A DNA stretch of 64,000 bases from Octopus vulgaris (lineage: Eukaryota). A program made the position numbers and the translations under genes. The notes beneath the pieces were generated by a model. That model searched no databases. It worked only from the letters and a program-made list of their open reading frames with translations, and was not told where the DNA came from. Of the stretch, positions 29,903-42,780 are shown in pieces. Location: the NCBI GenBank assembly GCA_951406725.2, contig OX597827.1:66216001-66280000 (forward strand), read 5' to 3'. Every line of letters begins with the position of its first letter. The stretch's first letter is position 1.

Positions 29903-30110
29903 ATATGTTTGTGTGTCTGTGTTTGTCCCCCCAACATCGCTTGACAACCGTGTTTACGTCCCCGTAACTTAGCGGTTCGGTAAAAGAGACTGATAGAATA
30001 AGTACTTGACTTACAAAAATAAGTCCAGAGGTCGATTCACTCGACTAAAGTCGATGCTCCAGCATGGCCACACCAAAATGATGAAAACAAGTAAAAGAGT
30101 AAAAGAAAAG
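29693..30110 (+). mobile_element. SINE family B, full length
   Basis: Aligns to 28175-28568. Confidence 0.9.
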
Positions 30111-30725
30111 AGAATCAAAGAAGAATATAATCTAAAGTCTGGCATATGAAGAAACCATACAAAATAAATCACATCCTTCCGTGTAGGATATACTAGCCAG
30201 TCGTTACATGTCTTACGATACGACAGTCACGCGTACCGCTGCTGTCAAACTGCTGTGGTGTGTTCAAAATTGCATCAACTGATAAATGTTGAGTGCCAGA
30301 ATGTTGTTGTCGATGAAGCAGGAACTCGTGTATTTCGCATGTAAAAGATTGACATCGAAATGCCTCATCAGACTGACTTTTCACTAGCTCGTACACATAA
30401 TTGTTACCTGCTTTTCAATGTGAATACAATTATTGAAAAAAAGTAATGTCATGCTGTGTATTGGACTATAATTACGTATATTATTATAGATTGGGCTAAT
30501 ATATGCTAAATATATGTTAAATACTGCCCATTGACTTTCGTCGGCCAACTTTCGTCTGGAAATGTTTCTACAGTTATCGGATCTATGTAATAAATTTATT
30601 CATGACAAGCATACATATGCAAATTTTATACTATAAAATGCTGCTCATATATTTAAGTCTTTAACCGATATATTTGCACAAAATGAGGCATAACTTTGGT
30701 AATTCCGTGTAATTTCAGAATGATA

Positions 30726-31633
30726 TCTATATATATAAAACTGTAGTTGTGTGAGTGTCTGTCCCCTTCGATTTAGATTCCTAACTACTCCCACATTTTG
30801 CGGTGCAGTTTAACCAAATTCGGGTATGTTATAGTCGTGATTCATATCGTGCCCGTCTGGGTATTAGCGCGCGTCTACGATGAGTTTACGATTTTAAAAA
30901 TAATTTAACATCATTTTTTATTCCATTTTAATGCATAATTTTTCGTGTGTCGATGGCGGCGGAGTTGGCTTCCACGCTCACATCTGCACCTGCTTGCTTC
31001 TCCCCCTTCTTCCCTCCCACGTGAAGCTGTGGGGAAGGGAGTGTAAGGAAATCAACGTCGTAAAGCGTTGTCAAGGAGACCAGCGTTCTTTTAGAACAAC
31101 GACTTCATGGCTTGAAGACACCAAAACAGAAATGGCTAAGAAAGCCCGAATTGGCATCTATAAGGGAAGTAACTCTCTAAAAATGCTTATATAGTTATTT
31201 CCCTTACAAACCCGAGCAACGCCGGGCGATACTGCTAGTCTTTATATATAAAAGTAAGGTTGTGTGTCTGTCTACTCCGATTTAGATTCCTAACTACTCG
31301 CACATTTTGCGGTGCAGTTTACCCAAAACCGGGTATCTTATAGTCGTAATTCATATCGAGCCCTTCTGCGTATTAGCGCGCGTCTACGATGAGTCTACGA
31401 TTTTAAAAATAATTTACCATCAGTTTTTTCCATTTTAATGCATATTCTTTAAATATAAGGGAAGTAACTCTCTAAAAATGTCTACGATGAGTCAACGATT
31501 TTTTTAAAAAAATTACCATAATTTTTTTCCATTTTTAATGCATTTTTTTTACTATTTTTTGGCTATAACTCTCTAAAAATGCTTTATAGTTATTTCCCTT
31601 ACAAACCCGAGCAACGCCGGGCGATACTGCTAG
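30726..31633 (+). mobile_element. Head-to-tail dimer of non-autonomous Helitrons (30726-31238, 31239-31633)
   Basis: Each unit runs TC...cccg-agcaacgc-cggg hairpin...CTAG; junction CTAG|TC; A|T target; no TSD. Confidence 0.85.
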
Positions 31634-32152
31634 TTGCAATATAAACGTTTTCAAATCCAATAGAAACCCTTTAACTACAGTAGCCTCTTTGTTGTCTAAT
31701 CGTCAAACGTTTTGTTACACAATAAATGTATTACATGATATAAAAAGGATCGCGTTTTACCGTACCAAAATAATTCACAATTCATTGAGCGAAAGGAAAC
31801 ATTTGAATTGCTCAACGAACCGCTCGGCAGTATATCACCTTTTCTAATAACTCCGATACAACAGGCTTATTTTATGAGTATTTGGGCAAGAAACAAAAAA
31901 CGAAATGGTTAAATACATTGAGTGCAAAAACTCACACAGACCTTGTTCTATGAACATAACAAAGATTAGCTGAAGGTAAATTTTCGGAGGTTACAGTGTT
32001 TCTGGTATAGGAATTCCGTAGTATGGATGACGTTTTCATAAGGAGGGTGTCTTACTAAAATATACTCCTTCTTTCAAATATTCCAAATACTTTAGCAAAG
32101 AAAGTGAGGAAACAGTTGTGCCATTATATTTTTACATAAATAAACATTATGT

Positions 32153-32445
32153 GGAGGCTCATGGCCAAGTGTTTAGAGCAGCAGACTCGCGGTTGAGGGA
32201 TCGCGGGTTCGAATCTCAGACCGGGCGATGTGTGCGTTTATGAGCGAAAACACCCTAACTCCACGCGGCTCCAGCAGAAGGTAATGGCAAACTTCTGCTG
32301 ACACTTTCGCCACAACTTTCTCTCACTCTTTCCTCCTACACCTTGCAGCTCACCAGGGACGGACCGGTATCCCGTCCAGGTGGGGAAGGAAACCGGGAAA
32401 CTTTCCCTTATGAGCCAAGCATGGCTTGAGATGGAACAAACAAAA
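32153..32445 (+). mobile_element. SINE related to family C (gaaaccgg-type tail)
   Basis: tRNA-like head ggaggctcatggcc...ggttcgaatctc; cacaactttctctcactct body. Confidence 0.75.
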
Positions 32446-32534
32446 AGCAAAACAAACACATCATACAGCAAAGCATTTAATGTTTAGGAAAATCTTTTCC
32501 GTTGATTTTCCTTGTTTCAACGGAAACGGAACTT

Positions 32535-32920
32535 GTGGTAAGTAGCTTGTTTACCAACCACATGGTTCTGGGTTCAGTCCCACTGCGTGGCATCTTGGGC
32601 AAGTGTCTTCTACTATAGCCCCGGGCCGACCAATACCTTGTGAGTGGATTTGGTAGACGGAAACTGAAAGAAACCGTCGTGTATATGTATATATATGTGT
32701 GTGTGTGTATGTTTTTGTGTGTCTGTGTTTGTCCCCCTAGCATTGCTTGACAACCGATGCTGATGTGTTTACGTCCCCGTAACTTAGCGGTTCGGCAAAA
32801 AGAGAACGATAGAATAAGTACTGGGCTTACAAAGAATAAGTCCCGGGATCGATTTGCTCGACTAAAGGTGGTGCTCCAGCATGGCAGCAGTCGAATGACT
32901 GAAACAAGTAAAAGAGTAAA
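32535..32920 (+). mobile_element. SINE family B
   Basis: Aligns to 28175-28568. Confidence 0.9.
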
Positions 32921-33263
32921 TACCCCATACACACGCAACACACGCACGCACACACACAGACACAAGAAGCATACATACATATATATGCATATACGAGTAT
33001 GCTAAGATAATTAAAAGCAAAGAAATTACAAATGCTAAAATATGAACCATGCAATGAATTATATTTTTTACGTTTATTTTGCAAAATAAACATGATAAAT
33101 AGAATTTATATATACATATATAAGTGGCGAGGTGGGGTGTATTTGTGTAGTATGTGTGTGAGTGTGAGGATGTGTGTGGGGGTTGTGTATGTGTGTTTGT
33201 GAGTGTATATATATATATATATATTTACACGCATAAATGTATATATATATATATATATATGTA

Positions 33264-33482
33264 TATTTCTTTACTAACCACAAGGAGCTAAACACAGAGA
33301 GGACACACAAGGACAGACAAAGGGACTAAGTCGATTACATCGACCCCAGTACGCAACTGGTACTTAATTTATCGACCCCGAAAGGATGAAAGGCACAGTC
33401 GACCTCGGCGGAATTTGAACTCAGAACGTCACGGCAGACGAAATACGGCCACGCATTTCGCCCGGCGTGCTAACGTTTCTGC
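33264..33482 (-). mobile_element. SINE family A
   Basis: Reverse complement of family A. Confidence 0.9.
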
Positions 33483-33523
33483 CATATATGTGTGTGTGTG
33501 TTTGAGTGTATGTACGTGTGCGC

Positions 33524-33561
<38 letters not shown>

Positions 33562-33744
33562 AAAGGGCTTAGTAAAATAAATTACTTCGCCGCATACTGA
33601 ACTCATTAGAAATAGCAGCTAAAAAACTTTTTTAAAGCTATTTCTAATACTTAAAGAAAATCTCTCTCATATATAGTGTTTGCTTAATTCAACTCACAAA
33701 AGTTTGGGGGTAATGACATCAAAAAATCAAATGCTAAGGTTATT

Positions 33745-33796
33745 TGAGTACGTACGTTTCAAGATTAGTTAAAACAACATTTCTATCTTCAGCTCA
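33745..33796 (-). ncRNA. Hammerhead-like motif (inverted copy)
   Basis: Reverse complement of 34404-34455. Confidence 0.65.
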
Positions 33797-34403
33797 GAAA
33801 TTCCTTGGTTTGGATTTGGAAACACTGAAAGTAAGAACATACCCTTTCGAAGATTCGCTCGTTACTAACAGTGCCAACAAACCCAAAATAAGCAAGTGAA
33901 GAATTTCTGTTCTCCCCTTTCCACCAGCGTGGGTTAAAATCATCAAACGCTATGCTTATTTCGGTAAAATCCGAAGCATTAATTAGAGGGAGATTTTCTT
34001 TAAGTATTAGAAATAGCTTTAAAAAAGTTTTTTAGCTGCTATTTCTAATGAGTTCAGTATGCGGCGAAGTAATTTATTTTACTAAGCCCTTTTATATAAT
34101 GTAATAATTTGAATTCGCCTTAAATGGTCCCTTTGCATACTGAACACTTGGTGAAATTGATTAATAATTAATTAATTTTACCCTCAATTGTTGAAATTAT
34201 AATTAATCTCCCTCTAATTAATGCTTCGGATTTTACCGAAATAAGCATAGCGTTTGATGATTTTAACCCACGCTGGTGGAAAGGGGAGAACAGAAATTCT
34301 TCACTTGCTTATTTTGGGTTTGTTGGCACTGTTAGTAACGAGCGAATCTTCGAAAGGGTATGTTCTTACTTTCAGTGTTTCCAAATCCAAACCAAGGAAT
34401 TTC

Positions 34404-34455
34404 TGAGCTGAAGATAGAAATGTTGTTTTAACTAATCTTGAAACGTACGTACTCA
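34404..34455 (+). ncRNA. Type I hammerhead-like motif, unit 1
   Basis: tgag CTGAAGA t aga...tct t GAAA CGTACG TA ctca; flanking aagg/cctt extends helix I; U-U at 10.1/11.1. Confidence 0.7.
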
Positions 34456-34948
34456 AATAACCTTAGCATATGATTTTTTGATGTCATTACCCCCAAACTT
34501 TTGTGAGTTGAATTAAGCAAACACTATATATGAGAGAGATTTTCTTTAAGTATTAGAAATAGCTTTAAAAAAGTTTTTAGCTGCTATTTCTAATGAGTTC
34601 AGTATGCGGCGAAGTAATTTATTTTACTAAGCCCTTTTATATAATGTAATAATTTGAATTCGCCTTAAATGGTCCCTTTGCATACTGAACACTTGGTGAA
34701 ATTGATTAATAATTAATTAATTTTACCCTCAATTGTTGAAATTATAATTAATCTCCCTCTAATTAATGCTTCGGATTTTACCGAAATAAGCATAGCGTTT
34801 GATGATTTTAACCCACGCTGGTGGAAAGGGGAGAACAGAAATTCTTCACTTGCTTATTTTGGGTTTGTTGGCACTGTTAGTAACGAGCGAATCTTCGAAA
34901 GGGTATGTTCTTACTTTCAGTGTTTCCAAATCCAAACCAAGGAATTTC

Positions 34949-35000
34949 TGAGCTGAAGATAGAAATGTTGTTTTAACTAATCTTGAAACGTACGTACTCA
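34949..35000 (+). ncRNA. Type I hammerhead-like motif, unit 2
   Basis: Core identical to unit 1. Confidence 0.7.
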
Positions 35001-35494
35001 AATAATCTTAGCATTTGATTTTTTGATGTCATTACCCCCAAACTTTTGTGAGTTGAATTAAGCAAACACTATATATGAGAGAGATTTTCTTTAAGTATTA
35101 GAAATAGCTTTAAAAAAGTTTTTTAGCTGCTATTTCTAATGAGTTCAGTATGCGGCGAAGTAATTTATTTTACTAAGCCCTTTTATATAATGTAATAATT
35201 TGAATTCGCCTTAAATGGTCCCTTTGCATACTGAACACTTGGTGAAATTGATTAATAATTAATTAATTTTACCCTCAATTGTTGAAATTATAATTAATCT
35301 CCCTCTAATTAATGCTTCGGATTTTACCGAAATAAGCATAGCGTTTGATGATTTTAACCCACGCTGGTGGAAAGGGGAGAACAGAAATTCTTCACTTGCT
35401 TATTTTGGGTTTGTTGGCACTGTTAGTAACGAGCGAATCTTCGAAAGGGTATGTTCTTACTTTCAGTGTTTCCAAATCCAAACCAAGGAATTTC

Positions 35495-35546
35495 TGAGCT
35501 GAAGATAGAAATGTTGTTTTAACTAATCTTGAAACGTACGTACTCA
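35495..35546 (+). ncRNA. Type I hammerhead-like motif, unit 3
   Basis: Core identical to unit 1. Confidence 0.7.
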
Positions 35547-36207
35547 AATAACCTTAGCATTTGATTTTTTGATGTCATTACCCCCAAACTTTTGTGAGTT
35601 GAATTAAGCAAACACTATATATGAGAGAGATTTTCTTTAAGTATTAGAAATAGCTTTAAAAAAGTTTTTTAGCTGCTATTTCTAATGAGTTCAGTATGCG
35701 GCGAAGTAATTTATTTTACTAAGCCCTTTTATATAATGTAATAATTTGAATTCGCCTTAAATGGTCCCTTTGCATACTGAACACTTGGTGAAATTGATTA
35801 ATAATTAATTAATTTTACCCTCAATTGTTGAAATTATATATATATATATATATATAAACATATTAGGTAAGATCATGAGAGACTACTCGACGTACTCAAG
35901 CAAAGTGCAAGTGTACTTTATAAAGGACTAAATTTTTTTTAAAAATCAATACCTTTCAAATAACTGCGTGTATTATATTCAGGACACTAATCTAATCTGA
36001 TAAACGCAGATGCATTGAAAGTTTTCCCGAAGCAAACGAGGATCACTTGTCTTGTTTCGTCCTCTACAGTTAATATAAACGCCATGACCAAAGTAAATAC
36101 TCATCGATTGGAAAACAAATAAAATGCAGCAAGAAATGAAATTGTCAAATATTTATTTTTCCATCAAGCGATTCATCGAAATTAAGAAATTATAAATGAA
36201 TAAATAA

Positions 36208-36374
36208 ATATACATATATATAAACATATATATATACATATATATACGTATACATATACATATATATATATATATGTATGCATATGTATATATATACATA
36301 TATATATATGTATACATATGTATATATATACATATATATATACATACATATATTTATATATATGTATATGTAAG

Positions 36375-36405
<31 letters not shown>

Positions 36406-36601
36406 GCATATATATATATATACATATATATATACATACATGTACATATATATAAATATATGTATGTATATATATATCTGTATATATATACATATGTATA
36501 CATATATATATATGTATATATATACATATGTATATATATATATATATATTTATATATATACGTATATATGTATATATATATGTATATATACACATATATA
36601 T

Positions 36602-36646
<45 letters not shown>

Positions 36647-36647
36647 C

Positions 36648-36685
<38 letters not shown>
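36208..36685. repeat. Degenerate (TA)n-rich array
   Basis: Directly visible. Confidence 0.95.
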
Positions 36686-37399
36686 CAAATTATAGCAAAA
36701 TCATTTTTTCTAAAAAAAAGAAAATAAAGAAAATAAGGCATTTGTGAATTTGGAAATATGTGAAAGTCAGTTATTGTTTGTGTAGGTGTGTTTTATGGTT
36801 TCGTTTATGTTTCTGTTGATTTCACCAGCACATCAGCAGCAACAGCAGCTTCACTAGGAGCAGCAGTAGTAGTTGTTGTTGTTGTTGTTGTTGCTGATGC
36901 TAAGATTGTTAATATTGTTGATCGTAAAAATCAACTATAATTTTTGACGTTTAAATATATTGATATTGAAGATGCTGTCACTGATTATGATGAGGATGAT
37001 GTTGATAAGGACGGTGGTGAGGATGAGGAGGGTGGTAGTGGTGAAGATGATGATGATGGTGGGGGAAATAATGGTGATCGTGTTGATCATGTTCATGATG
37101 ATTAAGATGAACGTAATGAAAATTACCAGGAAAAAGATGGCGGGGACGGCGACTCAAACGTCAACGTTAGCGACGTTGCTTCCGAGTTCCGACATTTATA
37201 ATGTAAATGTGAATAAAATATTAACAGGAAAAAAATCATTGAAGAAATACTGTGAAATATAAACAAAGCAAAAATTCACATTTTAACCAATACAAGGAAA
37301 AAATAATGAATAAAATAGACACACTCGTTATAGATAAATGTAACAGTCAGATGAATGAGTGAAAGAATAATCTATCATTGTAAAATGAATGATGAATAG

Positions 37400-37715
37400 C
37401 CTTCATTCATAATCCTTATTTGTTGGCAAAAACACTAGAGATAGTCGTTCTAGATCTTTACTTTCTAAGATCAAATCCATCTGAATTCTTCTTAACTATC
37501 ATTAATCTAGGGTTATAAGTAACATGACAGTAAAGTGCGAAAGGTTATTATATCGACTAATATGGTACTCCAGACATTGACAGTCTTCAACGTCCAGTTT
37601 GAAATATCGTTATTATTGTCATTTGTGCTGATATTATATTATTTTGATCCTTATTTTGATCGCTGAATCAATTAAATTTATAGGATTTGACACAATACAC
37701 TCACATACACACACA

Positions 37716-37760
<45 letters not shown>

Positions 37761-37779
37761 CGCGCGGGTGTGTGAATGT

Positions 37780-37811
<32 letters not shown>

Positions 37812-38152
37812 GACAGAAAGAGAGAGAGAGAGAGAGAGTGTGTGTGTATGTGAGTGTATTGTGTCAAATCCTATAAATTTAATTGATTCAGCGATCAAAA
37901 GTAAGGATCAAAATAATATAATATCAGCACAAACGACAATAATAACACAATTTCAAACTGGAAGTTGAAGACTGCCAATGTCTGGAGTACCACATTGGTC
38001 GATATAATAACCTTTCGCACTTTACTTTCATGTTACTTATAACCCTAGATTAATGATAGGTAAGAAAAATTCAGATGGATTTGAGCTTAGAAAGTAAAGA
38101 TCTAGAACGACTATCTCTAGTGTTTTTTGCCAACACATAAGGATAATGAAGG
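37400..38152. repeat. Long foldback (arms ~350 bp, spacer ~50 bp)
   Basis: About 37400-37759 is the reverse complement of about 37808-38152, including (CA)n(CT)n tracts. Confidence 0.92.
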
Positions 38153-38385
38153 ATCGCGGTTTCGATTCCCAGACAGGGCGTTGTGTGTGTTTATTGAGCG
38201 AAAACACCTAAAAGCTCCACGAGGCTCCGGCAGGAGGTAGTGATCCCTGCTGTACTCTTTCACCACTCTTTCTTCTGTTGGACTGCTCGCTTAGCCACCG
38301 GGGTGGCGTCGTTCGAAGGCTAAAACAATGTAAACGCATTGTGACCAGCGATGTGTAGCAACATCTGATGATCTGGTCGGTCACG
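38151..38385 (+). mobile_element. 5'-truncated SINE family C with a third tail type
   Basis: ggatcgcggtttcgattcccagac head remnant; tail ...catctgatgatctggtcggtcacg. Confidence 0.8.
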
Positions 38386-39511
38386 AAATAAAAAAATATA
38401 TACAAATATATATATATATACACATATGTATATATATACATAATTATATATACATAATTATATATATATATATATATACATATATACATATATATGTAAA
38501 TATATTTTTGTGTATGTGTATGTATGTATTTATGTATGTATATACATATATGTATTGATTCAATAACAACATGCTGTTGATACGATGCAATCATTTTATA
38601 TGTGTACATTCCTTATTATTCAATTGTACCTTATGTCCTTGTTTTTAAATGCATGTCCGTGTTTTTGTATGGTTGCTTGTACATATGTTTATGAACATAC
38701 CGTTAACTTATAATCCTCATTTCAAATTTGGTCGGTCGGATTTAATTCCCTTTTTGGCACCTTTTATGAATACTTTAAATACATATATAAATGTGCTAAA
38801 AACTCTTAAACCTAAATTTTGGTCTCATAAGTACACTTGAGTGTCTCTACTTCAAAATGTTCTGACGCATTCTGTTTAATACTTTGAATTTTCTTACACT
38901 GTTATTGACATTCTCACATACGTAAATGGGAGATGATACGTGTTCCGTATAATCAACCAATTTTATGCCTTTGTTGGAAGTAGCAATCCTTGAGAAATTT
39001 CTTACGTGGTGCCAATATCAATATTTTATTTCGTGATGTATATCATCAGATGTAAAATCAACACATTTTGATATTTATACATGTCATTTATACATGTCAT
39101 CTTCATCAAAAATTCCACCACATCTGAACAGAGACCCTGAGAAAAAGAAAGGCCTCGCTGAGTACGTTCTATATAAACGTTATCTGATGGCACGTTCACG
39201 CTGGGTCAAACTACCGGTTTGTCCATCCTATATACTGTATGAACGGTATCTGTGTTGCACATGCTAGTCCCCAAGAGAACTGACCTCCAGTGGGAAAACA
39301 CTTCCATCAGGATCGACAAGAACACAATGTCAGGTGTTTTCTCTAGAAATATGCGGATGCTGCTGTTTCAGATTTCAAAAATAAATAAACAAAGCAAATA
39401 CAGAGATATATATTGAGTATTGCACTTTCAAAAATATCAATTCTCAGACAGCAACCGCCAAGCAGGAAAGAACCTGGCTACAACAAACACAGAATCAAAG
39501 GAACCCGTGCC

Positions 39512-39723
39512 TATTTCTTTACTACCCACAAGGGGCTAAACACAGAGAGGACAAACAAGGACAGACAAACGGATTAAGTCGTAAGTGGTACATATTTAAT
39601 CGACCCCGAAAGGATGAAAGTCAAAGTCGACCTCGGCGGAATTTGAACTGTGAACGTAGCGGCAGACGAAATACTGCTAAGTATTTCGCCCAGCGTGCTA
39701 ACGTTTCTGCCAGCTCGCCACCT
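39512..39723 (-). mobile_element. SINE family A with degenerate ~17 bp TSD
   Basis: Flanks tcaaaggaacccgtgcc / tcaaaagaacacgtacc. Confidence 0.9.
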
Positions 39724-40439
39724 TCTCAAAAGAACACGTACCAGCATTCATGACCACTGCAAACAGCAGGAGGTACAAAGTGGCAAACATTCACATCTTC
39801 ACAAATGGTAGAATAGTAGCCAATGCTTTCACCTCATACATTTACTGAATCGGAGAAACCTTGTAACATCCCACTAACATGAAATTACATATTTGGGACA
39901 ACTAGTTGCATGTAATCATGTAATATGAATGACAGTTGCAGAAAAGCGTCTGACCACTGACATTGCAGATCATGAAATATACATATTGAAGAATATTGGG
40001 TTTCGAATGGATTAGAGAGAAAGACTTTATGGTGGGGATGCGACGCACATTCGGGAGAATGCTATCTGCTGTCTTGCTATCAGACTGAAAACTAGTTTGT
40101 GATCCAGTGATTAAGTGAATCAAAATAGGGATTTGTATTACACATCAGCCATAAGATACCCCAAATCATGGAGACTCATTCGAAGCGAACTTCAAGGTAA
40201 GGGAAGAGGTGTTAACTAGTCTATAATAGAGCCGTTGCATACTTCACTAAGGAGACTTCAACCTTCCTGTTGGAGAGTGGCCTGGTATGTCACCGCGTTT
40301 CACAAACCAAATAGTTAACCATCTAACAAGAGGTAAATCGTGCTGCGTAATTAATTCGCAAATACTCAAGCGATCGTCTATAATGCCAAGGTGACAACAA
40401 TGATTTCCTAGGAACATCAATTAGTAGAATTAACAATGT

Positions 40440-40616
40440 GGCGCAGGAGTGGCTGTGTGTTAAGTAGCTTGCTTACCAACCACATGGTTCCGGTTTCAGT
40501 CCCACTGCGTGGCACCTTGGGCAAGTGACTTCTGCTATAGCCTCGGGTAGGCTAAAGCCTTGTGGGTGGATTTGGTACACGGAAACTGAAAGAAACTCAT
40601 TGTATATACGTATATG

Positions 40617-40656
<40 letters not shown>

Positions 40657-40833
40657 CGATTATGTATCTACCGACGCTGGTGTGTTTAATTCCCCGTAAC
40701 ATAGCGGTTCGGCAAAAGAGACCGATAGAATAAGCGCTAGGCTTACAAAGATTAAGTCCTGGGGTCGATTTGTACAACTAAAAGGCGGTGCTTCAGCATG
40801 GCCACAGTCAAATGACTGAAACAAGTAAAAGAG
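40440..40833 (+). mobile_element. SINE family B, full length
   Basis: Aligns to 28175-28568. Confidence 0.9.
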
Positions 40834-41605
40834 TATATGGTCCAAGGAAATCATGCGCTGTTGCATACTCTTTGTGTCACTTCCCTTCTTAATGTTAAAT
40901 CTATGCATAGAACAAAGTCGTTGTGCAATAAAAACCCATGTTGTTCGCAGAATTAAGTAACCCTCTCAAGATATACAGCGTCAGCACATAATATATCGCA
41001 TTAAATTATCTACAACGCAAAAGACAATTATGAATGTTGAGGCAGTGAGTTGTTGGTTGAATCGTTTACACACCGGACAAAAATCTTTGCAACATTTCAT
41101 CCGTTTTGAACTGAAAATCCTATATATTCATTCCATGTCATTCCAAACCATGAATCAGCTACATGCAACCAGCTACATGCACATAACGAAATACATCATA
41201 ATTGAACTAAGCGAAACAGAGTTTATTGAGCGCGGTGTCGTTTGAAAAATCCCCTGACGAGACACATCTAAACTGATGGATGCACCAGAACCAGTTGTCC
41301 AGAATCTAACCCTCCAAGGGCCGACGCAAGTTGGGTCGAAAAGACCGTTGTGGTTAAGGAATCGTATGTCTTCCATTTTTTCTGTCTATCATTTGCTATA
41401 TACGCGACTAACACGGAAGAATTCCTGATATAAATTCAGTGGCATTTATATCTGTACTGTTGATGACATCAAGTAGCCAAGGACAGGGAACATGTTTCAA
41501 ACGGCATACTACCAGGTTTAAAATAATATACCCATGTTTAAAATAATTAATACATACACATATATACACGCGCGTGCAGAAACATACAACTATATAATTG
41601 TTCGC

Positions 41606-41835
41606 GGCGGCGAGATGGCAGAAACGTTAACGCGCCGGGCGAAATGCGTAGCCGTATTTCGTCTACCGTTACGTTCTGGGTTCAAATTCCGCCGAGGTCG
41701 ACTTTGCCTTTCATCCCTTCGGGGTCGATAAATTAAGTACCAGTTACGTACTGGGGTCGATGTAATCGAATTAATCCCTTTGTCTCTCCTTGTTTGTCCC
41801 CTCTATGTTTAGCCCCTTGTGGGTAGTAAAGAAAT
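41606..41835 (+). mobile_element. SINE family A, full length with perfect 15 bp TSD
   Basis: TSD tatataattgttcgc at 41591-41605 and 41841-41855. Confidence 0.95.
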
Positions 41836-42519
41836 AAATATATATAATTGTTCGCACATATATACACAAATATTCAGAGTTCGATATAAATAGAGATGGA
41901 GAAACTGACAGATAAATAAAGAGGTTGTTAGGTAGGTAGAAACAAAGAAGGAAAGAAAGACAGAAGGAAAGAATGAATAAAAGAAAGAAAGAAAGATTGA
42001 AGGGGATAAATGAATAAATAAATAAAGAAAGATAGATAGAAGGAAAGAAACAAAAGAAATCTATGTTTTCGTATGATCTTATGTTCGTTTGGTTCAAAAC
42101 CAGATACTTGATGTATGGCTTTCTCAATCTAGCATGACTATGGCATTTACAAACTGAAATAAATATGTCCGGTTACGAAACAACGAAGATGACTTATTAA
42201 TAGTCACAAATGCACAAGTAATAAATAACAAAATAATTAAACTGAAAATGCTAATATTTACTTGACTTTAACATTGCATAATCGAGGAATCGATTGATCG
42301 ATGAGTTTATTCTAACCATCAATGCTTTCCATTTCGTCGGTTCTTATCGATTGGATCTATGATCAAAGAAATTTCATTACCGTCTAGTATTGTTCTTGTT
42401 AAGTACACTGTGAAACGGACTCCGTTATCCGATGAGTAAATGGTTCACATGGGTTGTATGTTGTTAGAGAAAGCGTGAATAAAGAGAACTATCTATCTAT
42501 CTAGCTATCTAGCTATCTA

Positions 42520-42553
<34 letters not shown>

Positions 42554-42657
42554 GCTCTGTCTATTTATCTATCTATATGTGTGTGTATGCATACATAAAC
42601 ATATACATATGTATATATATAAGTGTGTGTGTAAATATATATGTAAGGATATATATA

Positions 42658-42775
42658 GGCGTAGCAATGGCTGTGTGGTAAGTAGCTTGCTTACCACACA
42701 CATTGTTCTGGTTTCAGTCCCAGTGAGTGGCACCATGGGCAAGTGCCTTCTACTATAGCCTCAAGCCGACCAAAG
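42658..42775 (+). mobile_element. SINE family B 5' portion, truncated at the foldback element
   Basis: Family B head ending at gccgaccaaagc. Confidence 0.85.
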
Positions 42776-42780
42776 CGTAA

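Larger units (their letters stand above)
33554..35838 (+). mobile_element. Retrozyme-like / Penelope pLTR tandem array: inverted partial copy plus ~3.4 direct 545-546 bp units, in (TA)n
   Basis: GAAACGTACGTA recurs at 34440, 34985 and 35531; inverted copy 33554-33995; units almost identical; no ORF. Confidence 0.85.

Noticed and set aside
30318-30375. Minus-strand CTGATGA ggcat...atgc GAAA
   Set aside because: Helix II is plausible but helices I and III do not form
33990-35838. CRISPR array or plain satellite
   Set aside because: Eukaryotic context and no spacers; the inversion and ribozyme motif favour a retroelement origin
38364-38392. CTGATGA...GAAA at a SINE tail
   Set aside because: No helix II, helix III or cleavage triplet; GAAA runs into an A tract
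39100-40430. Possible decayed LTR-retrotransposon integrase region
   Set aside because: Only vague peptide resemblance with many stops; needs tBLASTn/HMM support
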